Positions 18,766 through 28,851 of a stretch of DNA of 64,000 bases are shown in pieces. The DNA is from an uncultured Chloroflexia bacterium (GTDB taxonomy: Bacteria > Chloroflexota > Dehalococcoidia > DSTF01 > WHTK01). Below the pieces are notes generated by a model. The model did no database searches and had not been told where the DNA came from. It saw nothing but the letters and a program-made list of their open reading frames with translations. A program made the position numbers and the translations under genes. Where the stretch lies: positions 67,440-131,439 of the forward strand of contig CAVSWS010000018.1 of assembly GCA_963731765.1 (NCBI GenBank), written 5' to 3'. How positions within the stretch are numbered: the first letter of the stretch is position 1; every line of letters begins with the position of its first letter.

Positions 18766-20898
18766 ATGACCGAGACAGCGTCCCGCCAGTTCGAAATCGT
18801 CTCTGACTTCCAGCCCACCGGCGACCAGCCCGAAGCTATCGAGAAGCTCGTACACGGCCTCGATATGGGCTTGCACCAGCAGACGTTGCTCGGCGTCACG
18901 GGATCAGGCAAGACGTTCACGATGGCAAACATCATCCAGCGCTGGCAGAAGCCGACGCTGGTGCTGGCGCCGAACCGTACGCTGGCGGCACAGCTCTGCT
19001 CCGAGTTCAAGGAGTTCTTCCCGAACAACGCCGTCGAGTACTTCGTCTCGTACTACGACTACTACCAGCCCGAGGCGTACATCCCGCGCACCGACACGTA
19101 CATCGCCAAAGACGCCGATATCAACGACGAGATCGACAAGCTGCGCCACGCTGCGACGAGGGCGCTGTTCGAGCGCAAAGACGTGATCATTGTGGCTTCG
19201 GTTAGCTGTATCTACGGTCTCGGCGAGCCGGAGGAGTACCAGAGCTTCGTGCTCAACTTCAAGAAGGGCGAGTCGATCCCGCGCGCCCGCGTGATGCGCA
19301 AGCTCGTCGACATGCAGTACGAGCGCAACGATACCAACCTGGTGCGCGGCAAGTTCCGCCTGCGCGGCGACTCCCTGACGCTGCTGCCCGCCTACGAGGA
19401 GCTGGCCGTCCGGGTCGACTTCTTCGGCGATGAGGTCGAGCGCATTATCGAAATCGACCCGATGACGGGCGAGCTGCTGGCGGAACGCGACGAGCTCGAC
19501 ATCTACCCGGCGAAGCACTTCGTGACTTCGAAGGACAAGCTCGAGCAGGCGATCGAAGACATCGAGGCAGAGCTCGAGGCGCGCCTGTCTGAGTTTCGAG
19601 AGGCAGGACGCCTGCTCGAAGCGTCGCGGCTGGAAGAGCGAACGCGCTACGACATCGAGTCGCTACGAGAGGCGGGCTACTGCTCCGGCATCGAGAACTA
19701 CTCACGCCACCTCGCCCGTCGCGGCCCCGGCTCCACGCCCTGGACGCTGCTGGACTACCTGCCGGACGAATGGCTGCTGTTCATCGACGAGTCGCACATT
19801 GCCATCCCGCAGGTGCGCGGCATGTACTTCGGCGACGTTGCGCGCAAGACGACGCTGGTGGACTACGGGTTCCGGCTGCCGTCCGCGATGGACAACCGGC
19901 CCCTGAACTTCGCCGAGTTCTCAGACCACATCGACCGCGTGATCTACACCTCGGCCACGCCGGGCCCATACGAGAAGGAGCACGCCGAGCAGGTCGTGGA
20001 GCAGATCATCCGGCCTACGGGCTTGCTGGACCCCGAGATCGAGGTGAAGCCGACGAAGGGCCAGATCGACGACCTGCTGGAGCAGGTGCAGGTCCGGATC
20101 GGCCGCGGCGAGCGCGTGCTGGTCACGACGCTGACGAAGAAGATGGCGGAGGACCTCGCCGACTACCTGCAGGAGATGGGCGTCCGCACTCACTACCTGC
20201 ACTCCGAGATCGACACCCTGGAGCGCGTCGAGATCCTGCGCGACCTCCGTCTCGGCGTGTACGACGTCGTGGTGGGCATCAACCTCCTGCGAGAGGGCCT
20301 GGACCTGCCGGAGGTGAGCCTCGTCGCCATCCTGGACGCGGACAAGGAAGGCTATCTGCGGTCAGGCGGCTCGCTGATCCAGACCATCGGCCGGGCGGCG
20401 CGCCACGTCAACGGCCAGGTGATCATGTACGCCGACGTAATCACCGACTCGATGAAGTTCGCCCTGAGCGAAACCGAGCGCAGGCGGGCGATCCAGATGG
20501 CCTACAACGAAGCTCACGGCATCTCGCCAGTCGGCATCCAGAAGGCGATCCGCGACATCACGAACAGCCTGCGCAAGGCCGCCGAGCAGCAGACCGAGTA
20601 CAAGACCGATGGCGCCGTACCGAAGGAAGAGCTCACGCGCATGGTCATCGGCCTCGAGAAGCAGATGAAGCAGGCGGCCAAGGCACTGGAGTTCGAGAAG
20701 GCTGCGGGCCTGCGAGACCAGGTGATCCAGCTGCGCAAGGCGCTGGTCAGCGACACAGACGCCATCCGCGAGATGGCCTCCGTCGCCGGGCAGGACGGCG
20801 CCGTGCCGTTCTCCGACAAGGCCGCCCGCGCCGCCCAACGCGAGCAGCGCGAAGTGCAGTACAAGCCGGGACGCCGCGGCGCACGCTACAAGCGCTAG
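18766..20898 (+). CDS. uvrB: excinuclease ABC subunit B
   Basis: 710 aa, Walker A 'GVTGSGKT', beta-hairpin and helicase motifs, C-terminal UVR domain '[19 protein letters not shown]'. Confidence 0.95.
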   Translation: MTETASRQFEIVSDFQPTGDQPEAIEKLVHGLDMGLHQQTLLGVTGSGKTFTMANIIQRWQKPTLVLAPNRTLAAQLCSEFKEFFPNNAVEYFVSYYDYYQPEAYIPRTDTYIAKDADINDEIDKLRHAATRALFERKDVIIVASVSCIYGLGEPEEYQSFVLNFKKGESIPRARVMRKLVDMQYERNDTNLVRGKFRLRGDSLTLLPAYEELAVRVDFFGDEVERIIEIDPMTGELLAERDELDIYPAKHFVTSKDKLEQAIEDIEAELEARLSEFREAGRLLEASRLEERTRYDIESLREAGYCSGIENYSRHLARRGPGSTPWTLLDYLPDEWLLFIDESHIAIPQVRGMYFGDVARKTTLVDYGFRLPSAMDNRPLNFAEFSDHIDRVIYTSATPGPYEKEHAEQVVEQIIRPTGLLDPEIEVKPTKGQIDDLLEQVQVRIGRGERVLVTTLTKKMAEDLADYLQEMGVRTHYLHSEIDTLERVEILRDLRLGVYDVVVGINLLREGLDLPEVSLVAILDADKEGYLRSGGSLIQTIGRAARHVNGQVIMYADVITDSMKFALSETERRRAIQMAYNEAHGISPVGIQKAIRDITNSLRKAAEQQTEYKTDGAVPKEELTRMVIGLEKQMKQAAKALEFEKAAGLRDQVIQLRKALVSDTDAIREMASVAGQDGAVPFSDKAARAAQREQREVQYKPGRRGARYKR

Positions 20899-21075
20899 GC
20901 TCTTCTTACCCCCTGGGAATCATCGCAGCAGCAATCGGCGAACGACACCGATATTGGCGCCGTACGTCTTGCTACTCGTCACCCAGAAATAAGAAGTCAT
21001 TAACCACTCACACACTTCTCCCCGCACGGCGTAGTATTGGCGGCGGATTCATTCCCGTGGCAAGGAGACACCAGA

Positions 21076-21369
21076 ATGTTCGGAACGATCGCGATCATCA
21101 AGCCGATGGCAGGTAAGGAGCAGGAGCTAGTTACCAAGTTAAACGAGTGGTGGGACACTCGCCGCAACGACGTTCGCGGCGCTATCGCAAGCTCGCTGCA
21201 CCGCAATGGTGCCGAACTGATCATGTCCGTTGTCTTCGAGAGTGAGCAGACTTATCGCGCCAACGCCAGCGATCCTGCGCAGGACAAGTGGTATCAGGAG
21301 GTGCGAGCGCTCCTCGCTGAAGATCCGAAATGGATGGACGGCGAGGTCCTCGCCTGCAAGCACGTCTAG
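21076..21369 (+). CDS. ABM-fold (antibiotic-biosynthesis-monooxygenase-like) small protein
   Basis: 98 aa, 'FGTIAIIKPMAGKEQEL...EWW...SVVFESEQTYRANASDPAQ' fits the ferredoxin-like ABM pattern. Start chosen at MFGT. Confidence 0.55.
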   Translation: MFGTIAIIKPMAGKEQELVTKLNEWWDTRRNDVRGAIASSLHRNGAELIMSVVFESEQTYRANASDPAQDKWYQEVRALLAEDPKWMDGEVLACKHV

Positions 21370-21626
21370 CTCGGAGGCTCCTGACAGAGTCGTCGCGCAC
21401 CCCCAGGCACTTTCGGGCATCCGGCGATTGGTTGCTCGTTACGGCACGCCGCGCCGATCGATAGCAGATTCACGGGCACCACACGCCCAGAACGATGCGA
21501 CGATGCCGGATGAGGAATCGGGCGGTATCGGCCACCTTGCCGCGGCGGCTCGAACCTGATTGGTCAGGCATCATCCCACGCTACGGTCTTCCGGCTTACA
21601 CTTGCGGCCCATCTGTGGTCGCGATA

Positions 21627-21644
21627 GGTTTCAGAACTGAAACC
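21627..21644. promoter_or_regulatory. perfect 18-bp palindrome GGTTTCAGAACTGAAACC, 32 nt upstream of the first PPOX-class gene
   Basis: Seen directly; 8-bp arms with a 2-bp centre. Confidence 0.5.
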
Positions 21645-21675
21645 AGACGCACGCTGTTCAAAAGAGGAGCCGAAT

Positions 21676-22089
21676 ATGCCTGAGATACCAGCCAGCATCG
21701 CCGAGTACCTGCAGGGACATCGCACGGGAGTGCTGGCGACGCAGCGATTGCGTGGCGCGCCGCAGATGACGCTGATCGCGTATCACTTCGACGGCGAGAA
21801 CTTCGCGATCAGCACGCGGGCGCCGACGCAGAAGGCAAAGAACCTCTCGAAGCGACCCGAGGCGTCGATGGCGGTGATCGACGGGCAGCGACAGGTCATC
21901 GTGTACGGGAGCGTCGACATCGTGCGCGACGAGGCGGAGGTGCTGCGATTGCACCAGGAGCGCATCCGTCGCATCGCCATGCGGGAGGAGTCGGACGAAG
22001 AGCTGGCCTCGCGACTGAAGCGGGAAGAGCGGGTTGTGCTGATCCTCAAGCCGGAGACGTTCTTCCCGCCGACGCTGGAAGGGCGATAG
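21676..22089 (+). CDS. PPOX-class F420-dependent / pyridoxamine-5'-phosphate-oxidase-family protein
   Basis: 'GVLATQRLRGAPQMTLIAYHFDG' split-barrel FMN/F420-binding fold; an 18-bp palindrome lies upstream. Confidence 0.75.
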   Translation: MPEIPASIAEYLQGHRTGVLATQRLRGAPQMTLIAYHFDGENFAISTRAPTQKAKNLSKRPEASMAVIDGQRQVIVYGSVDIVRDEAEVLRLHQERIRRIAMREESDEELASRLKREERVVLILKPETFFPPTLEGR

Positions 22090-22120
22090 CGAGCTCAGCA
22101 GGGCGTTTCGGGGGCGTGCC

Positions 22121-22159
22121 GACCTCACCCCCGGCCCCTCTCCTTGCGAGGAGAGGGGT
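22121..22159 (+). repeat. family-2 REP-like hairpin repeat (GACCTCACCCCC-N3-CCCCTCTCC-loop-GGAGAGGGG)
   Basis: 'gacctcacccccggcccctctccttgcgaggagagggg' begins 32 nt after the PPOX stop. Confidence 0.75.
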
Positions 22160-22230
22160 GAAATTTCCTCTTTCCATGCGACGATTCAAGCTCGTCGCCG
22201 GCTTCTCGTGAGAGCTTAGCCACCACAAAG

Positions 22231-22340
22231 CAGGGGTAGCGGGGGCGGAGCCCATGCGCGGGGGGCCGTGGGGGGTGTCCCCCCACCTCTGCCCCTCTTT
22301 ACGAGGGCGGAGCGGCGCGATAGCGATGCGCAGCGTCTTC
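22231..22340 (+). repeat. second copy of the family-1 G-rich repeat, 5' of the second PPOX-class gene
   Basis: Aligns with the reverse complement of 8100-8225. Contains hairpins G6-TGT-C6 and 'cccatgcgcgggggg'. Confidence 0.8.
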
Positions 22341-22388
22341 CGGGCATAATCTCCCTCAAAGCGTACGCAGAATAAGGAGCATCAGTAG

Positions 22389-22805
22389 ATGACAACGGAA
22401 GGCCCGAGCCAGGAAGAGATCACGAAGTTCCTCCAGGACCACAGGCTGTGCATCTTCGCGACGGGCCGCAAGGACGGCTCGCCGCAGCAGAGCTACATCA
22501 CCTACCAGTACGACGGCAGCCAGTTCCTCATGGGCGGCCAGGCGACCTCGTTCAAGATGAAGAACCTGGCGCGCAATCCGGGCTGCTCGCTGATGGTGAC
22601 GGAGGGGCGGGGCTACCTGCTGGCGTACGGCACGGCTGAGCTTATCGAGGACGAGGCGGAGCAGGCGAAGCTGCAGGAGCGCTTCGGGCCGCGTACAGCG
22701 CCCCGGCCGGGCGGCCAGGCGCCGACGGCGGCGCGTCCGATGGGCAAGCGCCTGATGATCCTGGTGACGCCGTCGAAGATCATCGCGAACCGGATGAACG
22801 GGTAG
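22389..22805 (+). CDS. PPOX-class F420-dependent / PNPOx-family protein (paralog)
   Basis: 'LCIFATGRKDGSPQQSYITYQYDG...RNPGCSLMV'; SD 'aaggag'. Confidence 0.75.
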   Translation: MTTEGPSQEEITKFLQDHRLCIFATGRKDGSPQQSYITYQYDGSQFLMGGQATSFKMKNLARNPGCSLMVTEGRGYLLAYGTAELIEDEAEQAKLQERFGPRTAPRPGGQAPTAARPMGKRLMILVTPSKIIANRMNG

Positions 22806-22856
22806 GGCCCGTGCCCTGCTGCCACGCAATGAGGAACAGAGGAGAGAAGATGGCCC

Positions 22857-24119
22857 TCATTGGCCCTCTCCGCGGAACCATCGCCTAGCCTCCGATAGGC
22901 CACTTTCTTCGGCAGCCTCCAAAACGTTACGCGAGCTAAGCGCTCCTTCACGCGAGAAGAAATACTGCCGGTCGGGATCAAATACGAAATCGAGTGCAAG
23001 ACTCGTTTCGTCCGATAACCGCCCCCTGAACTCATTGAGCAATTGGAGCATAGCCTCACTGGTACCGCCGATATCCCGCATGGGTGTTGTCTCGCCATAG
23101 AGGCCAACCACGCCAGGGTCAATGACTTGAATCGAGATCTCATCCGGGCCGGCTAGGCAGAAGGCGCCATCGCCAATCTGTACGGTATTACCGGCACCTG
23201 GCAAGGTCGCTTTTGGTAGCAGGCCAACAACATCGCCTACAGCAAGCGGTTCGCCCTCCACGTGTCCCTCGACATAGCAGACTGCGCGATTGGATGCCGG
23301 GACATCGATCGCTTCTGCATCTGCACCTGTGTCCGCATCTTCGTGAAGAACGCTGAGGCAGTAAGCAACTGGCGGCTCTTGCTCCGGCAGAAGAAAATTG
23401 GAAAGCACTTGTGGTTGGTAGTGGGCGGTATATGCCGAAAGGAAGTCTTGTGTCACTTCGGCAGGCAGCTCTCTCACTACCGCAATAAGGTCAACATTTC
23501 GGTCAATGCACCGATCCGCCAGCTCGGGAGTCATTAGCACTGGCACAGGCCACGCATCCTCAGGGATCGCGATTCGCTGTTGTCTTACATCAGGGAACAC
23601 CAGGGAGTGAAGGTTGTCGCTCTTACGTAGTGCCCGGCGATAAATGAATGCTTCATGGGTGGTTGGATAGAGAAACATTACCCTAACAGGCTCTTCGTGT
23701 ATGACTACAAGTGGAAGGCTGGAGATGGGATTCTGAGTTGCTCGCCAAGCAATGGTCGCACTCGTCTGGAAGAGGCCGCCCCCCAAAGCCGTAGTTTTTC
23801 CGTGCCCTGACAATCGGGCACCACGGTACAGATCGATCTGCGAATTCCAGTAAGAGAGTGGTTTGTAGAGGTGGGCGTATCGGGAGACGTACCCCCGCAC
23901 TTTGACCGTGCTTCCAATACTTATCTCGCGCCTTACCAACGACCTCGTTAGAGCTCTCGGCGTGGGATATCGGTTGAGCCCTGCAAGCCGGGTTCGACGG
24001 GCTGCACCCTCAAACATGGAGCGGGCATTCCAAAGCAATGAAAGCAACTGAAGTGCCAGTGGAACATTCATTCTGCCCCAGCATAGGTCGCATGAGTGGA
24101 CGTTGTCTATTGACCCCAT
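22857..24119 (-). CDS. hypothetical 420-aa protein encoded on a low-GC island, no recognisable domain
   Basis: A single long ORF fills the GC-poor (about 50-53%) segment 22830-24140. No motif was matched by eye. Confidence 0.55.
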   Translation of the reverse strand: MGSIDNVHSCDLCWGRMNVPLALQLLSLLWNARSMFEGAARRTRLAGLNRYPTPRALTRSLVRREISIGSTVKVRGYVSRYAHLYKPLSYWNSQIDLYRGARLSGHGKTTALGGGLFQTSATIAWRATQNPISSLPLVVIHEEPVRVMFLYPTTHEAFIYRRALRKSDNLHSLVFPDVRQQRIAIPEDAWPVPVLMTPELADRCIDRNVDLIAVVRELPAEVTQDFLSAYTAHYQPQVLSNFLLPEQEPPVAYCLSVLHEDADTGADAEAIDVPASNRAVCYVEGHVEGEPLAVGDVVGLLPKATLPGAGNTVQIGDGAFCLAGPDEISIQVIDPGVVGLYGETTPMRDIGGTSEAMLQLLNEFRGRLSDETSLALDFVFDPDRQYFFSREGALSSRNVLEAAEESGLSEARRWFRGEGQ

Positions 24120-24142
24120 CAGGCACCTGCTAACATCACCCC

Positions 24143-25610
24143 ATGATCGTCATACCCCCTGCTGCTATCGATGAGCTGACGCGGGCGCTTTCGGGCGACC
24201 GGGTGCTGCATACGCCGGAGGACCTGCTGGTGTTCGAGTACGACGGCACGATCGAGCGGGGGCAGCCGCAGGTGGTGGTGTTCCCGGACTCGGCGCAGGA
24301 GGTCGCGGCGGCGGTGAAGATCGCGCGGCGAGTACGGGCTGCCGATCGTGCCGCGAGGGGCCGGGACGGGGCTGAGCGGCGGCGCGGTGGCGGCGGTCGG
24401 CGGTGTGCTGATCGCGATGACGCGCATGCACCACATCCTCGAAGTCGACGTGGAGAATCGGACCGCGCTCGTGGAGCCCGGCGTGGTGAACCTGCACCTG
24501 AGCCAGGCGGTGGCGAAGCACGGGCTGTACTACGCGCCGGACCCCAGCAGCCAGCGCGCCTGCACGATCGGCGGCAACGTGGCGGAGAACGCGGGCGGTC
24601 CGCACTGCCTGGCGTACGGCGTGACGACGAACCACGTGCTGGGCCTGGAGATCGTCACGGCGGAGGGCGAGATCGTCTGGGTGGGCGGCGCCGCGCGCGA
24701 CCTGCCGGGCTACGACCTGCCGGGGATCATCGTGGGCTCCGAGGGCACGCTGTGCATCGTGACGAAGGCGCTGGTGCGGCTGATGCGCACGCCGGAGTCG
24801 ACGCGCACGCTGCTGGCAATCTTCGATTCGGTCGACCAGGCTTCGACCACGGTGTCGCACATCGTGGCGGCGGGGCTGGTGCCGGCGGCGATGGAGATGC
24901 TGGACCACGAGACGATCAAGGCGGTGGAGCCGGCGCTGCACGTCGGCTACCCGCTGGACGCCGGCGCCGTACTGCTGATCGAGGTCGAGGGGCTGCGCGA
25001 GGCGACGGAAGAAGACGCCGCGAAGGCGCGGATCATCTGCGGCGAGGCGGGCGCGCGGGAGATCCGAGAAGCGACGGACCCGGCAGACCGCGAGAAGCTG
25101 TGGGCCGGTCGCAAGGGCGCCATCTCGGCCCTGGGGATTTTGGCGCCGAACTACTACATCCTGGACGGCGTGGTACCGCGGACGAAGCTGCCCGAGGTGA
25201 TGTCGCAGGTGATGGCCGTCGGCGAGGCGTACGGCTTCGCGATCGCGAACGTGTTCCACGCCGGGGACGGCAACCTGCACCCCTGCATCCTGTTCGACGA
25301 GCGCAACCCGGGCGAGACGGCGCGGGTGCTGGACGCGGGCGAGGCGATCATGCGCCACTGCGTCGAGGCGGGCGGGTCGGTGACGGGCGAGCACGGCATC
25401 GGCCTGGAGAAGCGCGACTTCATGCCGTGGATCTTCACGGAGGCGGACCTGGCGACGATGTCGAAGCTGAAGTCGGCGTTCCGGTCCGGCGCGACGACGC
25501 CTGAGGGTCAGGACCTGTTCAACCCGTGCAAGGCGTTTCCGACCTCGAAGGGCTGCGGTGAGGTGCACTCGAAGGCGGTACAGGCTTTCGGGGCCGACGC
25601 GTACGTGTGA
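24143..25610 (+). CDS. glcD: glycolate oxidase FAD-linked subunit GlcD; reading frame broken by an apparent 1-nt insertion near 24328-24333
   Basis: N-terminus 'VVVFPDSAQEVAAAVKIAR' in frame 24143; then 'EYGLPIVPRGAGTGLSGGAV...' through the C-terminus in the +1 frame (ORF 24348-25610). Confidence 0.8.
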
Positions 25611-25858
25611 CGAGAGCTGCGAGCTGATAGCCGCGAGCTTCGAGCTTCGAGCTTCGAGAGCAATTCAGGGAATCGAGACGACTTCAAGCGAATCGCAGGC
25701 GGGGCAACGAGCCGGATCGTGCGCATGACAGGCTGCCCCGCCACCCCGGATTGCCACGCCTCGCTGCCGCGATGGCTCGCAACGACTAAGTACGCCTGAC
25801 TCAAAGCTCACAGCTCGCCGCTCGTAGCTGACGGCTGACCCCTGACGGCTTCCCCGTT

Positions 25859-27112
25859 ATGCTTTGGGGCATGTCTGAGGTTGTGGACCTTTCGAAGCTG
25901 ACGGCGGCGTTGCCGAGTAGCGTGCTGTCGTTCGACGGCGGTGAGGCGTATGGCGTCGATGGGATGACGCCGGCGGTGGTGGTGAAGCCGCGATCGCAGG
26001 CCGAGGTGGCGACGGCGCTGGGCGCGTCGAACGAGGCGGGCGCGGCGGTAGTGCCGTTCGGGGGCGGGACGCAGCAGGGGCTGGGCATGCCGCCCGCGCG
26101 TTACGACGTGGCACTGGACCTGACGCAAATCGACTCGCTAATCGAGCACGAGCCGGCGGACCTGACGGTGACGGTCGAAGCGGGCATGCGGCTATCGAGC
26201 CTGCAACGCATGCTGGGCGAGAAGGGGCAGTGGCTGCCGCTCGACCCGCCGGTGGGCGAGGCGGCGACGATCGGCGGCGTGCTGGCGACGAACACGTCGG
26301 GCCCGGCGCGACTCTCCCGGGGCACCGGGCGCGACCTCGTGATCGGCATGACGGTAGCGACGGCGCAGGGCGAGATCGTGAAGACCGGCGGGCGCGTCGT
26401 GAAGAACGTGGCGGGCTACGACCTGGCAAAGCTGCACATCGGCGGTCTCGGGACGGCGGGCGTGATCCTGCAGGTGAGCTTCAAGGTGTCGCCGCTGCCC
26501 GTACGCACCTCGATCGCCGGCGCGCAGGGGGATATCGAGGCGCTTCTAAAGCTATCGAGCGCGGTGGAGTCGGCGCGTCTGCCGCTGGAGGGCGCCGTGC
26601 TGGCAAAAGAGCCATCGGCGGCGACGTGGCGGCTGGCGCTGCGCTTCGCTGCGGGCGAGGCGGCGGTCGAGCGGTCGATGCGGGAGACGCAAGCACTGGC
26701 ATCTGGAGCATCGTTGAAGGTCGAAGAGCTGGCGGCCGCAGACTGGCGCGCCATGCAGATCGACTACGCCCAGAGCACTGTCGTAGTGCGGGCGAGCGTG
26801 CTGCCATCGGACCTGCGCACCGTGGCCGAGGCGCTTGCGGGCGCGGGTGCGGACGTATCGACCTTGCCGGGCGTGGGCATCGCGTACGGCACGTGGCCGG
26901 GCGAAGTGGCGACGGAGACCCTGCGGTCGCTGCGAGCGACGTGCGAGGCAAACCACGGCGCGCTCGTCATCGAGCGGGCGCCCGTTAGCACGAAGCGGGC
27001 CATCGACGTGTGGGGAGCGCCTCGAGGCGGCTCTGAGCTGATGCAGCGCCTGAAGCAGGAGATGGACCCCGGGGGCGTGCTGAACCCTGGTCGCTTCGCG
27101 GGCGGCATCTAG
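25859..27112 (+). CDS. glcE: glycolate oxidase FAD-binding subunit GlcE
   Basis: FAD_binding_4 fold, 'VVPFGGGTQQGLG', position between glcD and glcF. Confidence 0.8.
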   Translation: MLWGMSEVVDLSKLTAALPSSVLSFDGGEAYGVDGMTPAVVVKPRSQAEVATALGASNEAGAAVVPFGGGTQQGLGMPPARYDVALDLTQIDSLIEHEPADLTVTVEAGMRLSSLQRMLGEKGQWLPLDPPVGEAATIGGVLATNTSGPARLSRGTGRDLVIGMTVATAQGEIVKTGGRVVKNVAGYDLAKLHIGGLGTAGVILQVSFKVSPLPVRTSIAGAQGDIEALLKLSSAVESARLPLEGAVLAKEPSAATWRLALRFAAGEAAVERSMRETQALASGASLKVEELAAADWRAMQIDYAQSTVVVRASVLPSDLRTVAEALAGAGADVSTLPGVGIAYGTWPGEVATETLRSLRATCEANHGALVIERAPVSTKRAIDVWGAPRGGSELMQRLKQEMDPGGVLNPGRFAGGI

Positions 27113-27197
27113 GCCTCGGGAGCAGGGCGAACAGGCTTCGCGGTTCCGCGCTAACCTTGATGTAACGGAAGGCCTCTAGCAAAAAGGAGAGACCACA

Positions 27198-27386
27198 ATG
27201 GTTCAGCTCAACCTCGAAACCAAGGACGCCGAAGCGCTGCTGCGCATCCTCAAGCTCTACATGTCCGACCTGCGGTTCGAGATCGCCGACACGGACCGCT
27301 CGTCGATGACCGAGCAGTTGAAGGCCGAGGAGAACGAGATCAAGTCGATCATCGAGGCGCTCTCGAAGGAAGGCGTGGGGGGCTAA
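27198..27386 (+). CDS. small (62 aa) charged helical protein inside the glc operon
   Basis: Strong SD 'aaaaaggagag' 6 nt before the ATG; lies between glcE and glcF; no known family. Confidence 0.5.
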   Translation: MVQLNLETKDAEALLRILKLYMSDLRFEIADTDRSSMTEQLKAEENEIKSIIEALSKEGVGG

Positions 27387-27452
27387 AGGATCGGCCCTGG
27401 CTGCCTGAACCGATCTTGGCAAAATAGCGGCACAAGCTGTTAGGCTGAGTTC

Positions 27453-28742
27453 GTGACAGCCACTCACGAGCACAAGCACGAATTTGCGACGGGGCCTCGG
27501 GAAGAGGACCTTGCTCGCTGCGTGCACTGCGGGTTCTGCCTGCAGGCGTGCCCTACCTATGTCATCACCAGCCTGGAGACCGAATCGCCGCGCGGCCGCA
27601 TCGCCCTGGCGAAGGCGCTGGCCCACGGCGAGATCGAACCGACGCCCAACGTTGTGTCGCACTTCGACCTGTGTCTGCAGTGCCGGGCCTGCGAGACGGC
27701 CTGCCCCTCCGGCGTGCCCTACGGTCGCATCATCGAGGGCGCCCGGGCGATGGTGCAGAAGAGCCCGCAGCGGCCGCGCTCGTGGTGGTTGCGCTCGACG
27801 GTGCTGCGGGTGATGTTCGCTTCGCCCTGGCGACTGCGCACGGCGTTCGCCGGCCTGAGGTTGTATCAGCGGTCGCCCCTGCCGCCGATCGTGCGTCGCT
27901 TCCTGCCGAAGCGACTGCGCCAGATGGAAGCGATGCTGCCGAAGCTCCCAGAGCGCCCGTACGACCCGCCGGAAGTCGCGGCGAACCCGGCAGGCGAGGT
28001 GAAAGGCACCGTGGCGTTGCTCAGCGGCTGCATTATGTCGATTACTCACCCGCAGACACATGAGGCGACCGTACGCGTGCTGGCCCGCAACGGGTTCCGC
28101 GTGCTGGTACCGAAGTCGCAGGGATGCTGCGGCGCACTGCACGTGCACAACGGCGACCCGGATGCAGCGCGGCAGCTGGCGCGACACAACATCGATGCGT
28201 TCTTGAACAGCGGTGTCGACTACATCGTCGTGAACTCGGCGGGCTGCGGCAGCGCCATGAAGGAGTACGACGAGCTGTTCGCCGGCGACTCGCGCTACGA
28301 GGCCAGGGCGAAGGAGTTCGTTTCGAAGTGCCGCGACATCGCGGAGTTGCTCGATGAGAAGGGGCTGGTGCCGCCAACCGGGCGCGTCGATGCCACGGTG
28401 ACATACCAGGACTCCTGCCATCTTGCGCACGCTCAGCGCATCAGGGAGGCGCCTCGCAACCTCCTGCGCGCCATTCCCGGCGTCGAGCTTATCGAGATGG
28501 GTACGCCGGACCGGTGCTGCGGCAGCGCGGGCATCTACAACATCACGCAGACTGAGATGTCACGTACGCTGCTCGAAGGGAAAATGGACGACGTGCTATC
28601 GACCGGCTGCGATGTGATCAGTACCGCCAACCCGGGATGCATGCTGCAGCTCGACCTCGGCGTGCGGCTGCGAGACGGCTCCCAGGAAGTCGTGCACGTG
28701 GTGGAGCTGCTGGACCGCGCGTACGCCGCGGAACTGCCGTAA
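27453..28742 (+). CDS. glcF: glycolate oxidase iron-sulfur subunit GlcF
   Basis: Two 4Fe-4S ferredoxin motifs ('CVHCGFCLQACP', 'CLQCRACETACP') followed by two CCG cysteine-rich domains. Confidence 0.9.
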   Translation: MTATHEHKHEFATGPREEDLARCVHCGFCLQACPTYVITSLETESPRGRIALAKALAHGEIEPTPNVVSHFDLCLQCRACETACPSGVPYGRIIEGARAMVQKSPQRPRSWWLRSTVLRVMFASPWRLRTAFAGLRLYQRSPLPPIVRRFLPKRLRQMEAMLPKLPERPYDPPEVAANPAGEVKGTVALLSGCIMSITHPQTHEATVRVLARNGFRVLVPKSQGCCGALHVHNGDPDAARQLARHNIDAFLNSGVDYIVVNSAGCGSAMKEYDELFAGDSRYEARAKEFVSKCRDIAELLDEKGLVPPTGRVDATVTYQDSCHLAHAQRIREAPRNLLRAIPGVELIEMGTPDRCCGSAGIYNITQTEMSRTLLEGKMDDVLSTGCDVISTANPGCMLQLDLGVRLRDGSQEVVHVVELLDRAYAAELP

Positions 28743-28851
28743 TCCGTACCACCCGCGATCCTGCCTACGGGTATTCCCTCACAGCTTTTTACATTTGTTG
28801 CACACATTTGCCGAGTCGTGATCCGATCTTGTTATGTATAATGCCGTGGTT

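Noticed and set aside
24165-25568. Long antisense ORFs opposite glcD, glcE, glcF, uvrB and the AAA+ ATPase. Examples are 24165-25568, 25857-26429, 26985-28430, 19770-21116, 39387-40145 and 16552-17697
   Set aside because: All are Arg/Ala/Pro-rich, lack start-site signals, and sit opposite strongly conserved genes. They are the usual stop-codon-poor alternative frames of 67% GC DNA.
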